From NCBI RefSeq assembly GCF_009914755.1, contig NC_060928.1: DNA of 64,000 nucleotides. The stretch is one strand, 5' to 3'. Shown in pieces: positions 1 to 18,610 of this stretch. Position 1 is the first letter of the stretch. Each line of letters starts with the position of its first letter. The DNA comes from the human T2T-CHM13v2.0 reference genome, Homo sapiens. Below the pieces are notes generated by a model that was not told the origin of the DNA, did no database searches, and was given only the letters and a program-made list of their open reading frames with translations. The position numbers and the translations under genes are program-made.

Positions 1-289
1 TATGCGTGTGTGCTCGCGTAAGCCCTGTGTGTGGTGCTCACCGCCCGGGGCGAGGACTGCCGGGGTCAAGGTGCCGTGACTGGCCAGGAGTCCTGGTCTG
101 ACTGGACCCAGCACCGACCCACAGCGCCTGGTCACCCTCACGGCTCCTCTGCCCTCCCCTCTACCACAGACCAGGACCGGCAGTGCCTGCCTCATAGGGC
201 TGGGGTGAAGATAAATGATTTTTTTAAGTGAACTAAATTAGGCCCACACGTGAAAATAAGGGTAAGCTGCTTTTTAAAAGGAATTATTA

Positions 290-1045
<756 letters not shown>

Positions 1046-1118
1046 AAGAGCCCGTCTCAAAAACAAACGCTGTCATTGGCCCAGCACTTTGGGAAGCTAA
1101 GGTAGGAGGATTGCTTGA

Positions 1119-1474
<356 letters not shown>

Positions 1475-2032
1475 CAGTTCTGTCTCAAAAAAAAAAAAAA
1501 AATTCCTCGGGAGCCTCAGGTCCCCCCGACTTTGACAGTGAGTACTGGGTGGGAGCCTGCACGGGGCACCTGTGGCCGGAGGGTGAGTGTAACGAGGGGC
1601 TGCAGCCCTCAGTGCTCTCCCATCCCAAGGGAGGCCAGGAGGCTGCGGTGGGTCCCTCGGGTGGGGCTGGAAGGCCAACCCGGCCCTGGCACCTTGGGCA
1701 GCCTGACTCTGTCCGGGGAACAGAAGCCACAGGCTCTACTTCTCCTGTCCATGTGGGATTGAAGCCGAGGGTCTCGCAGAACCAGCTGATGTGCCGGGGC
1801 TCCATTTCCCCAAGACGAGGACACTGACATTGATGGGGCACAGCCCCGGAGGGAGGAGACCCTGGACACTCACCCCACCAAAGGTACCTCCTCGTGGAAG
1901 CCGTCTGCCAAGCGCTGCTAGTTCCCCACAGCCCTGGGTGAGCCCAGGGAAGACTGGGCTGCAGTGCCCCCATTTGGAGGTGAAATGGGAGTGGAATGTA
2001 GTTGGGATGGCCAGAGAGTAGGAGACATCCTA

Positions 2033-2177
2033 AGTGTGAGATGTGGACAGGGCTGAACGCTCCAGGGTCTCGTACCCCAGAGTGTGAGATGCGGGCAGGG
2101 CTGAACGCTCTGGGGTCTCGTACCCCTGAGTGTGAGATTCGGGCAGAGCTGAACAGGCTCCAGGGTCTCATACCCCC
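2033..2177. repeat. About 48-bp tandem repeat, 3 copies
   Basis: AGTGTGAGAT...GCTGAACGCTC...GGGTCTCGTACCCC at 2033, 2081 and 2128. Confidence 0.85.
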
Positions 2178-3279
2178 ATAGCCTCCACCTGGGATGCCCT
2201 CTCCAAGTCTGATTTCTCCTCGAAGCCCCTGCCCTGTCCTCCAGAGTCTGAGCCCTTGCTTCCACCCCAGCCCAACCTGGGCCCCAGTGGTCCCTGGGAA
2301 GCAGCTGTTTGCTCAGCAGTTGGGAGCTGTGCTGTAAGAAGCGGTTGGCCAGTGGGTGGGGTAAGGCAGTCACGCAGGGCCTCAGGTCCCTCCCTGGGAC
2401 AGATAAGGGCCCCTCTGGGTGCAGCCACCAGCAGGGTTGTTGGAGAACTGGGGAGACCCAGGGGGCTGGGGTTGTTCCCTCAAGGTCTCCCTAAAGGAGG
2501 CAGGGAGGACCTGGGTGCTACAGCAGGGGTGGGGCACCTGGTGCAGACGCCTGCATGCAGGGTGGGGTGGGCAGTGCCACCTGGGGCCACAGAAAAACCT
2601 GGAGTGGGAGGTGGCCCTTCCCCCCTCAGGAAAGGTGGTGGAGGTTTCCAGAGGCTGGCTTATGGGGACCTGTGGTGAGGTTTTAGGCAGGTGAGCGTAG
2701 TTCAGGAACAGCCTCAGCCGCACTGCAGGGGCCTGGCCTCAGGTCTTCTGCAGGCATTGGGCCTTATGCCCTTTTAGTCCCCACCTAGGCTGGGTGTCTA
2801 AAGTAGGTGAGGTCATCACTGCAGGATCCTTGGGGCCTGACCTGCCCCCTCCCACGTGTCTCTGCCTCAGTTTCTCTGAGCATTGAGGCAGTGGCTGGTG
2901 CTGTCCTGTGGCCAGGCCCAGAGGCTGAGTGCCCAGGGGGTCCAGGGGCCTTGCTGGCCAGAGAGAGTGGGTAGCCCATTCTACCCCGAGCCTGTGCACG
3001 CGCAGGGCTGCCAACACCTCCTTCCTTCCCCGCTTGGCCCACGCAGGACAGGGGGCGTGGGGGCCCCAGCAACTGGGACCTGCCTGAATCCGCCTCCCTC
3101 CTGAACCCCCCTCCCGCCTGAACCCCTGGCCAGTCTTGTGTCACACGCTTACTTCCTTAGTTTTGTCTTTAAATCAGCCGTTTTACATTGGAGTCCATTT
3201 ACTGGGAAAGGAGACCTTGCATCCTTGCCTCCCACCCGTGGGAAGAAGCCCGGCCGACAGGGCTTTGAGACCGGACCCG

Positions 3280-4000
3280 AGTTTATTCCCAGAGACCCTC
3301 CCGCGGGTGGGCGAGCTCCGAGGTCTGGAGAAGAGGAGGCCCCGGCCCGCACCCTCTAGCACCTGTGTCCCCTTCGTCCCGGCCACAGATGCAGGTTCTC
3401 CCAAGAGGCGGGTCTGTACCCGCCCCGCGCCCCCAGCCCAGCGGGCCCGGCCTCCGCCCCTGCCCCGCACTCCCACCCCCACCCTCAGGAGAGCGCGGCC
3501 CTGCTCCCCACCCCGCGCGGTCTCCCCCCACCGCCTCCGAACCCCCATGCACGCGCGGCCCCGCCCCGCGCACTCACCAGGCCCGGCAGCCGCGCGGTCT
3601 TAGCGGCTCACGCGCTCGGGCCCAGGGGCGGGGACGTGGGGACCCGGGCGGCCGCTCAGCCGCGGCCGCGCGGTGAATGAGCCCGTTGTGCGGCCGCCGC
3701 GGCCCCAGCGACACCCCGCGCGGGGTCTACAAGGGCTGACGCGCCCCCGCGGCTTCCGTTCCCGGGCTGGGCGGTGGCTCGTCTGCGTCTCCGGCCCTGG
3801 GGGTGGGCTGCGCGCTCCATCTCGCCGGCCCAGTCCCCTCCCCAGCGTCGGTCTCTCAAGGCCCCTCCCAATGGGGGCCAGGCGGAGGGTGGGCCCTCGG
3901 GCCTGTGGACTGACCCCGGGGTTCCTGGGCCTGGGGGCGGGGATCCCTGTCCCGGGCTCCCCTCGCTGCGAGGCTGGCCCTGCCAGATGACACTCAGAGG
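3280..4000. promoter_or_regulatory. Intragenic CpG island in IDUA intron 2
   Basis: Dense CpG, several NotI/SacII sites and GC boxes. Confidence 0.75.
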
Positions 4001-5098
4001 CGCCTTGGGTGTCAGGCCAGGGACATCTCTGATGCTGGGGCTCCCCCCGCTAGGGTCAGGGGCTGCCGGGCTATCGCCTTGGGGTTCTGCAGAGAAAACC
4101 TGAAGCCCAGCTGGGTCTTCACTTTCCTCCAGGTCACCGTGCCCCGCTACTCCAACTCCGTGGGACTTTGGAATGCACCTTCTGGGCATTTAATTCTTAT
4201 CCAAGTGCCTCTTAAGTTATACTTCTTTGCTACCAGTGTGTCCTTTGGATGGAGGGGAGGAGAGGTGGTAGGGGCCGGGTGGGGTGGACCCCAGGGACTC
4301 CTGCTGCTCCTGCTGGACACCCAGCCCGGGGTACAGGAGCAGGTGGGGACCAGCAGAGGCGGGGCGGAGCAGGAGCCCACACCCAAAGGCTGTAGACTCC
4401 TGCCAAGGCTCTGCCTTGATCTTGTACACCATGGGAGGACCAGAAGGGAGGCGTTGAGGTGTCCAGACCTTTGCTGTGGAGCTGGGGGTGCTGTGGCATG
4501 GGGAGACTGACAGACGGGGAGCTGTATAGGGCCAGATTCCGGTCCATGGTGGTAACCCCATCCCCCACCACTGCAGATGCAGCACAAAGCCAGCTGCCAC
4601 AGGAGGTGCACTGCCCCACGGGCAGCTGTGCTCACCTGCGTGGCGTCCGCAGGAAGCCCTCAGACCCTGGCCAGCCTGGTCTCTGCTTCTCACTCCAGGC
4701 TCAAGGCTGGCTGCTATTCCATTCACCCCATTCCCTTTCCCTCAGGCCAGAAGCATCACTCACAACTCCAGACCCTTGCACACCAATCTCCTCACTCAGT
4801 TCACCCTCAGATGTCCAACTCCACATGGCCAAAACCGAGACCAGTCTCACTCCAAGCTCATCCACCCGCCTAGCTGCCCAAGCTGAAATCCACAGTTGCC
4901 CTGTACGACCCCCCGACCCCCCACCTCACCCCCCAGCTCACCTCAAACCTCATCAGTCCCTCTGCTCACAGCCTGCACAGCCACCACCCAGTCTGGGCAC
5001 CATACCTCTCTGGGCAACCCCCATGACCCCCAGCCAGTCTTCCAGCTCCCACCCTGACTCCAGTGAGCTGCCAGAGGGATCCTTGAAAAATGCTCTGG

Positions 5099-5433
<335 letters not shown>

Positions 5434-5713
5434 TCAAAGCAGTCACTTCCAGAGCCCCATGGAGCCTCATATCCCATGATATCCACCCTTATTCTGTCTC
5501 AGGCCCACCAGCTGCCTCCCTGCTGCCTGATTGTCATGTGTGCATTCCTGTTCCAGAGCCTTTGCACTGGCGATGCCATCTGCTGCCTGGATGTCTTCCT
5601 GCTGGCTGGTCCCGTTGCATGGTAGCCTTAGGTGTCTCCTCAGAGAGGTCCCTCGCTGACCATCAGGCTCCTCACTCCCTGTCGTATCCCCTTCACCAAA
5701 GATTCCCATTCCC

Positions 5714-6231
5714 TGACGACGCCTGTCCCCTCGGAATGCAGGCCTCGTGGGAATTCAGCCCATCCGCAAGTGCAGTGGCAGGGCGGCCCCCTTCCCCCTT
5801 GACGACGCCTGTCCCCTTGGAATGCAGGCCTCGTGGGAATTCAGCCCATCTGCAAGTGCAGTGGCAGGGCGGCCCCCTTCTCCCTTGAGGACGCCTGTCC
5901 CCTCGTAATGCAGGCCTCGTGGGAATTCAGCCCATCTGCAAGTGCAGTGGCAGGGCGGCCCCCTTCTCCCTTGAGGACGCCTGTCCCCTCGGAATGCAGG
6001 CCTCGTGGGAATTCAGCCCCATCTGCAAGTGCAGTGGCAGGGCGGCCCCCTTCTCCCTTGACGACGCCTGTCCCCTCGGAATGCAGGCCTCGTGGGAATT
6101 CAGCCCCATCGGCAAGTGCAGTGGCAGGGCGGCCCCCTTCACCCTTGACGACGCCTGTCCCCTCGGAATGCAGGCCTCATGGGAATTCAGCCCATCTGCA
6201 AGTGCAGTGGCAGGGTGGCCCCCTTCTCCCT
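5714..6231. repeat. 86-bp VNTR, 6 copies (probably the D4S111 marker in IDUA intron 2)
   Basis: Units start at 5714, 5800, 5886, 5972, 6059 and 6146; each contains GAATTC and AGGCCT. Confidence 0.92.
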
Positions 6232-6644
6232 TTCCTGTGCACTCATGTTGCCTCTTGGGGTGTGGGAGGGGAAATGGGGCACTCCTGGGCCTCCAGGAGG
6301 TGCAGAGAACCAGGGTGAGGTGTCCACCAGGTCCTGCCTGGCTCCTGACCCCTGGCCCCTGCTGCTCGCGACTGGCCTGCCTCGTGCCACTGAGCCTCAG
6401 AGCCATTCCGAACCCCCACCCCAAGTTTTCCATCTCTTGATGGTGTAGGGTTGGGGGGTCTCCATGTACAGATACTCTAGTTCATACCAGGCCTTCATAG
6501 GGTTATTTTCCAAGGGGAAGGGCCCCTCGGGAAGCCGGGATCGGAGTCCTGTGTGGCACCTTGCAGGCTCCCACATGCTCCGTTGTGGCCACGGTTCCAG
6601 CCTGGAGCATGGAGCTGTGTGGGCACCCTGCTTCCTGACGCTGA

Positions 6645-10440
<3,796 letters not shown>

Positions 10441-10534
10441 GCCTGTGCTGAGCCCCAGTGGGTTGCACCTCCACCGGCAGTCAGCGAGCTGGGGCTGCAC
10501 TGTGCCCATGCTGCCCTCCCATCACCCCCTTTGC

Positions 10535-10570
10535 AATATATTTTTATATTTTATTATTTTCTTTTATATC
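10535..10570 (+). terminator. IDUA: Probable IDUA polyadenylation signal (variant AATATA) and U-rich tract
   Basis: AATATA at 10535-10540 is followed by a T-rich run; there is no AATAAA nearby. Confidence 0.6.
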
Positions 10571-11891
10571 TTGGTACCAACGCCCCCTTTAAAGCGGCTT
10601 TGCACAGGTCAGTCTCGGGTTGAGGCTCTGTGGCTTGGCCCTGGGCACATTCCAGGGCAGCCTCCAAGGGTAAACCCCGGTGGCTGATGAGGACCCAGCT
10701 GGAGCGAGGCCTCTTTCCCCCTCGCTCCCACTCAGACCACCCCCAAGCCTGGACTGGAAGTGTGTTGAGCCCCTGGGTCAGGCTGGCGAGCCAGCTCGGC
10801 CCTGCCCACCCAGGGGTTTCCGAGATCACCCCTGGTGAGGCGGCGTGCCAGTCCCTTGCTTTCTTACTTGTTCTGCAGAGCGGGGAGCTGAGGCTGCATG
10901 AGGGAAGACTCCCGTACCCCAGCACGGTGGAGGGTGGGATGGGGTCACGCCTGTGCGACCCAGGAGGTGGCCAGCAGAAGGAAACAGTAGTGTCCACCAT
11001 GGTCTGCGTCTCCCCACCACGGATTGTCTTGGCTCCGGATTTGAGACATGGCAGGGCCAGATGAGGACAACTTGATGACAGTTTACAGAGATGGAGGCAG
11101 GGTGCCAGGAAGCCACGGGGGAGCCCCCAGGGCACTCAGCAGTCCAGGCAGGGCTGGGCGTCCTGGCAAGGAGCAGGGACCTTCTGCCCAGGGGTGTGGC
11201 CAGCCTGTGGGTGCTGTGTGCAGGACCCCAGGAACCAAGGCCGCAGTCTCTTCCCTCGCTCCAGCATCCTCCCAAGGCCACCCTTGGCTGCACTCAGCCA
11301 GAGAGCTGGGGCACAGGGACCCCACAGGTTTCCCTGGAGGCTGTCAGGGGCTCCGGTGGGGGCGGGGGGTGAGCCCGCTGGGTTCACTGCACCTCCCAAA
11401 GCCCATGTGCCCTGCCTGCCCCAACCAAAGTGGGCCTCCAAGGTGCTGGGGTGGGACAGAGACCCACGAGGGACCCTCCCCTCACTCCTGGACCTGGGTG
11501 TTGTGGCTTTTGGCAAAAATAGCCACATACACTCCAAGTTTCCCCCTCAGCTGGGATTCCTGGTGTGAGCCTGGTCACCAGGGTGGTAGGACAGACCCTC
11601 CTCTGGAGGCAAAGTGACGGTCAGCAGGGGGTTCTGAGGCCCCACAGCGCTGGCACCAGTCTTGGCTGAATGGCAAAGCTGCATCTGTCTCCTTCCCCAT
11701 GAGCTTCCGTTGCCGTCTCCTTCCCTGGCGGCCATCAGCTTACTGACGTGTCCTCACCAGCTTACTGACGCGTCCCCACCCTCCGGTCTTGCTCCTGGGG
11801 TCACTTTGGCCTTCGCTGTGAATGGGTCAGGCTTGAGGCCATGCCAAGAGCCAGGGAAGCCAGCACTGGCCGTCAGCTCACACACAGCCTC

Positions 11892-12469
<578 letters not shown>

Positions 12470-12649
12470 TACTATACATTTTTAACTTGTGACTAACTTC
12501 AGGTGATATCATATAACCTCATACGTAGTCAAAGAACCTTACAACATTACATTTCCATTTTTCTCTTTCAGCCATTGTGCTATTGTTGTTACATATTTTG
12601 ATTTCTCATATGATATAAACCCCACAATACATTATTTTTACGTTAATCA

Positions 12650-12925
<276 letters not shown>

Positions 12926-13231
12926 TTAGTTGCCGTTTCTGGTGTTCCTCATTTCTTTGTGTAGATTCAGTTTTCCATTGGGTATGACCTTCCTTCTGCT
13001 TGAGGGACAGCTTAGACACTCCTGCAGGTGATTCTTTCGCTCTGCTCGATCTAAAAACAGCTTTATTATTTCCCAACCTCTGTCTCCTCTCCTTTGGGGA
13101 CTCCAATTATACCCATGTTTCACCACCTGAAGGTGAACCACAGTTCACTGATGCTCTTTCCATTTTTCTAGTCATTTTTCTCCGTTTCATTTGGACAGTT
13201 TGTATTGCTATGTTTTCAAGTTCACTGATCC

Positions 13232-13524
<293 letters not shown>

Positions 13525-13654
13525 TGATCCTTTCTTTTGCAGTGTTCCATTAATCCCATCTCGTGTATTATTTCTCTGACACTACTTTTCATCCCCAGAA
13601 GTACGATTTGAGGCTTTTTTCCCCGTCTTTACTTAACATATTGTCTTTCCTTTC

Positions 13655-13950
13655 CTCCAGCATCTTGAACATATGGAACATGGTCACAGCATAAGCATGT
13701 GTGTGCTGTCCTCTACTTGCCCTGTCACCTCCAGCATCTTGAACATATGGAACATGGTCACAGCATAAGCATGTGTGTGCTGTCCTCTACTTGCCCTGTC
13801 ACCTCCAGCATCTTGAACATATGGAACATGGTCACAGCATAAGCATGTGTGTGCTGTCCTCTACTTGCCCTGTCACCTCCAGCATCTTGAACATATGGAA
13901 CATGGTCACAGCATAAGCATGTGTGTGCTCTCCTCTACTTGCCCTGTCAC
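13655..13950. repeat. 74-bp near-perfect tandem repeat, 4 copies
   Basis: Units start at 13655, 13729, 13803 and 13877. Confidence 0.93.
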
Positions 13951-13974
13951 CTTTGTCATTTCCAGGTCAGTTAC

Positions 13975-14199
13975 TACAACCTCCACCTCCCGGATTCAAG
14001 TGATTCTCCTGCCTCAGCCTTCTGAGTAACTGGGGCTACAGGTTGCCTGCCACCACGCCTGGCTAGTTTTTTTATTTTTAGTAGAGATGGGGTTTCACCA
14101 TGTTGTCCAGGCTGGTTGTGAACTTCTGGTCTGAAGTGATTCGCCCTCCTCGGCCTCCCAGAGTGCTGGGATTACAGGCGTGAGCCACTGTGCCCGGCC
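13975..14199 (-). mobile_element. Partial Alu
   Basis: Antisense Alu lacking its tail end. Confidence 0.8.
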
Positions 14200-14409
14200 C
14201 CAGGTCAATTTTGATTGATTTTTCCCATCTCTCCATATGGGTCATAATGTCCTGCCTCTTTTCATGCCTGTTTTTTTGTTTTTTGTTTTTCCCGGATATT
14301 CAATATTTTGTATTCTACCTTGTTTGGTGCTGGATATTTTTGTAAACCTATACATATCTTTGCATTTGTTTCTCGAATGTGATCAAGTTACTTGGAAACT
14401 GTGTGGTCC

Positions 14410-14695
14410 TTTTTTTTCAGGCAGGGTCTCACTGTGTCGCACGGGCTGGAGTGTAGTGGTGTGATCTTGGCTCTCTGCAGTCTCGGCCCCCTGGGCTCAA
14501 GTGATTCTCCCACCTCAGCCTCCCCAATAGCTGGGGCCACAGGCACGCATCACCACATTGGCGACTTTTTGGATTTTTGTAGAGATGGGGTTTCACCGTG
14601 TTGCTCAGGCTAGTCTCGACCTCCTGGGCTCAACTGGTCTGCCTGCCTTGGCTTCCCAAAGTTCTGGGATTACAGGTGTGAGCCCCCACATCTGG
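14410..14695 (-). mobile_element. AluJ-like element
   Basis: Diverged antisense Alu. Confidence 0.78.
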
Positions 14696-17649
14696 CTCTG
14701 GGTCTTCTTATTCAGTGGTGTTTGGTGGGACCTGAACTGTATTTAGTCTCGTGTTGATGCTTCCCTACTACGGGGTGAGAACTTCTTCCTGCTCTAACGA
14801 TGCTTCCCCACTCTGGCTGCTGAGCACAGGCACTATTCCCAGCCCTGCATGGGCTCTGATCCTGGGTGGGTCTTTCCCTGGCCTTGAGTGTTTTCTTCAC
14901 GCTCCTGCACTGATCTGTGCTTAGCTGAAGCCTCCAGGCAGACCCTCTGTGGGTGTCTGGGCTTCTCGGTGCAGCCCCCTCCTCTCCAGCACTCTGGAGC
15001 ACCTGTGAACTCCAGCCCCTGCCTGGCCACCTCTGTCTTCCCAGTTGAGGGAGACGCCGGTGGCTGCCTGGGTTTTCTCTGCACCGGCCTGGGCAGTGGG
15101 CGGGACTGTCCTCGCTGCCGGGTCGCTTCCCCTCTCTCCAGCACCACGGTCCTCGGTTTCGTGAGCCCAGTGCCTTACGTGCTGTTTTCACACCTATTTT
15201 TTTGGTTGCTGCAGCTGAGAGTGTGTAAGTCACTGTTACTGCATCTCCATTCTCTGCCAAGCCTCCTCCACCCGCCTGTCCTTGTCAGTCCCTACACCTG
15301 CTGTTCCTGAGATGCCGCCTCTGTGAGGCCTGCCCGGCTCTCCCCCAGTCCTGCCTCTTCTGCCCCGGGGCAGGTGCTGTCGCGGGCAAGCGAGGATCCG
15401 TGCTAGCGAACCTGCGCGCCTGGGGCTCACCGGGGCTGGGTAGGTGGCTACAAGAACCTGTCTTCCCGCGGTCACCCCATGGGGTTGGCTGAGGATGGGG
15501 CCTGAGACCCCGAGGGTGGCTGACCGCCCCGTTTCAGTTTTAAGGGGCAGGACGTGCTTGCGCCGGCCCCTCGGCTCCGCGCTGCCTGACCCGAAGGGCC
15601 GTGGGAGCGGGGAGGGCCCAGTCCCTGTTCCGGGGGTGGGCGAGGGGCGGGGGGCTGCCTGAGGACGGGGCCTGGGCCGGCCGCGGGCTGGGACGTGGCG
15701 GGCGGGGCGGGGCGGGGCGGGGCGGGGCGGGGCGAGGAGACGAGGAAAAACGCCTCGGGAGCTGCCGCGCCGGCGCCGCCGCCACCGCCAGAGGGCAGCG
15801 CGTGCCGGCGCGGGAGGCCCGGGCCCCGCCCCCGCCCGGCCAGGCCCCGCCCCCTCCCCGTCCCCGCCCCTGTCCGCCTCGGGCCCCGCCCCGTCTGCCG
15901 CTCCGCCCCTGGCCCCGCCCCCCGTCCCGGCCCCGCCCGCCAGGGGCCGCGACGCTGCCCGTGCCCCTCCCACTGCCCGCTCATTCGGGGGCCGGCACCT
16001 GCCGGCCTGTCCGCTCCCTGCTTATACTTTGCACGCTCGCAGCCACGTTTCCGCACACCTGTCCCCTTTCCACGCACCTGTGTCCGGCAGCCCGCACATC
16101 TGTGGGAGCGCTGCCTCCTCGCCAGCTGTCCGGGAAGTTCAGCGCCGCTCTCCCACGGGCGTGAGACCGCCCCACCCACCTGTCCGTGACTGCAGCTCCG
16201 GCCGGGAGGGCGGCAGGTGGGCCCCGGCGCTGCTGGCTCCTTGTGGGACAGGGCCGCGGCGGCGGCGCAGGACGTTCTCCCGCCGGGAGGACCACGCGGC
16301 GGTCCCTGGACCCTTCCCCGGGTGCACAGCGGCGGCTGCGCCAGCGGGGGCAGGATGGGCCGTCCGAGCGCACCTCCATCCGCCCTCGCGACGCCCACGC
16401 TGGCCCAGACGCGGGATTTGGGGTGGAGGACGCTGGGCTGGGAACCAGCACCTTGGGACGGCCGGGTAGTTCGGGCCTTGAGGAGTCCCACACCCTGACA
16501 GCTGGCGCCCCCCACGCCCCGCCTAGCTCTCCTCGGCCTGGGGACACCGGCTGCCAGGCCTCTCCAGTTTCAGCCTTTCCTGGGAGGACTTCCTGGAAGA
16601 GGGGGCTTCAGGCCCCAGAAAGAGAGGCTGCTCTGGGGGATGGAGGAGGTGCTGGGATGGTGACTCCGCGGAGTCGAGGGTGTGAGGCGGGATGTGGGCA
16701 GGCCGTGAGGTTTGTGTTGCAAGACTGGGAGGCAGGATGAGGGGAGGCCATGGGGCGGCTGGAGGTGCGGCCTGGGAGCCCTGCGTGCTGGGCCCTGGGC
16801 AGGGACGGCAGGCGAGGCGTGTGGAGGAAGAGCCGCGAAGAGCTGGGCGCTGTCTTCTCCACGCCTCCGTTTCTTCATCTGCTCCTGGGGCCGCCTGCCC
16901 GGTAGCGGAGATTGAATCGCATGTTGACGTCTATTACGATGATTAATGTTCTTGTCATTCCCGTCACTAGCAGGTGAGAGGCTGGGAGGCCTCAGGTGGG
17001 AACATACCTTTGGCCAAAGGCACCAGGTAACCCGAACGCCCCGGGGAGGACCCCTGCCTGCATCGCCGCGGCCGTCCCCCCCTACCCCGTCCCCAGCAGC
17101 TCCGGCTGGGCGAGGCCCTGCTTCTCCCTTCTGCTCCCGAAGACCCCCCGGGGCGCAGACCTGGAAGCCTCGAAGCTCCCGCGGCCGTCCAGTCCGCCCC
17201 CTTCTGAGCAACCAGAGAGCGGTCTGGGCCCGGCCCGGGGCTGCGCAGAGGTCAGACTGCCGCGGGCAGGGCCGGAGCCTGCTCTGGGGGTCGCGGAGGT
17301 GTCTCGAGAGTTGAGGACCCGACCCGGGCGCGCGCGGGCGCAGGTATGGGGAGGGCGCGGCGGCTCCTGGCCGGTCCTAGGAGCCTGCGGGGACCAAGGG
17401 CGCGCGGGCGGGGCCGGGGGCGCGGCGAGGCTCGGGTTGGGGCGGGGCGGGGGCGGGGGCGGGGCCGGACCCGGGGAAGCCGCCCGCCCGCGGGGACGTC
17501 CGCACCGCGAGGGTTAAGGCCGGGAGCCCGGCGGGGCGGGGGCGGTGTGCGCGCGCGGATTGGGGAAAAGTTTGGCGGCGGGGCGGGGCACGGGGGAGGG
17601 CTGACGCGCGCGGATTGGCCGGAAGTTGTGCCGGGGGCGGGTCGGGGTC

Positions 17650-18000
17650 CGGGCTCGGCGCTCGCTCCGGGAGAGTTGACAAAGCCCCGCAGGGAAGGAC
17701 GCCTCGCGGCGCGGCGCCCCGGGCCCCTCGCCCCGCCGCCCCGGGATCCCGGCCCCGGCCCCCGGCCCCGCGGACTCGCCCCCGCCGCCTGCCCGGTCCG
17801 GGACCCCGCGCCCCGAGCGCCCGAGCCCGGACCCCGACCCGGCCCGAGCCGCCCGCGCCCAGGTAGCGCCGCCCCGCCCCGAGACCGGGCCCGGGGGCGC
17901 GGGGCGGCGGGATGCGGCGCCCGGGGCGGCGATGACCGCGGAGCGCACGCCGCGGGCCCGGCCCTGACCCCGCCGCCCGCCCGCTGAGCCCCCCGCCGAG
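17650..18000 (+). other. FGFRL1: FGFRL1 non-coding first exon (5' end approximate)
   Basis: Lies just downstream of CCAAT/ETS/GC-box motifs and ends at the consensus donor GAG|gtgagc (18000/18001); the next acceptor is cccag|GTCC at 18516. Confidence 0.7.
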
Positions 18001-18531
18001 GTGAGCCCCCCGCGCGCGCGGCCGCGACCCCAGGTGGGCACACGGGGGAGGGCGGGGGTCCGGGGCGGGGGCGGGGAGGGGCGGGTTCGGGGCCCCAGCT
18101 GGGCACGGGTCATGCGCGCCGCCGCCGCTCCTGCGGGCCCCCGGCCTGCCCCGCCCCCGCCCCCGCGCCCCACGTGGGCCCCCCCCAGCGCAAATTTGTC
18201 CGCTAATGGCGCAGGCGATTATCTGCGGGGCGCTGAGTGTTGTGTGTCCTGCGGGCAGGGCCGGAGTTACAAGCGCCAGGAATCCAGACGGTGTTTGGAG
18301 AGGGGGGGCGGCGGGGGAGCCCGGTAATTAGTGTAAACCCTTTGTCTGCCTTTGATACCCACAGCTTCTCCCCGCTGCGGCTTCCTCCGCCTGGAGCGCG
18401 GGCGGGGAGGGCCTGTGGGGAGGGCGGCCAGACCCCTGATCCCCGCGGCCCGGGACCGGGGAGGGCGGTATCTCCCAGTTCCACGTGTTAGTGACGGCGC
18501 CCCCAATGTCCCCAGGTCCGGACAGGCCGAG

Positions 18532-18610
18532 ATGACGCCGAGCCCCCTGTTGCTGCTCCTGCTGCCGCCGCTGCTGCTGGGGGCCTTCCCGCCGGCCGCC
18601 GCCGCCCGAG
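18532..18610 (+). CDS. FGFRL1: FGFRL1 signal-peptide exon (exon starts at 18516)
   Basis: ATG at 18532, Leu-rich signal peptide, donor GAG|gtgagt. Confidence 0.95.

Noticed and set aside
11736-11779. 22-bp direct repeat with CRE-like TGACG
   Set aside because: Too short and isolated to support a regulatory call.
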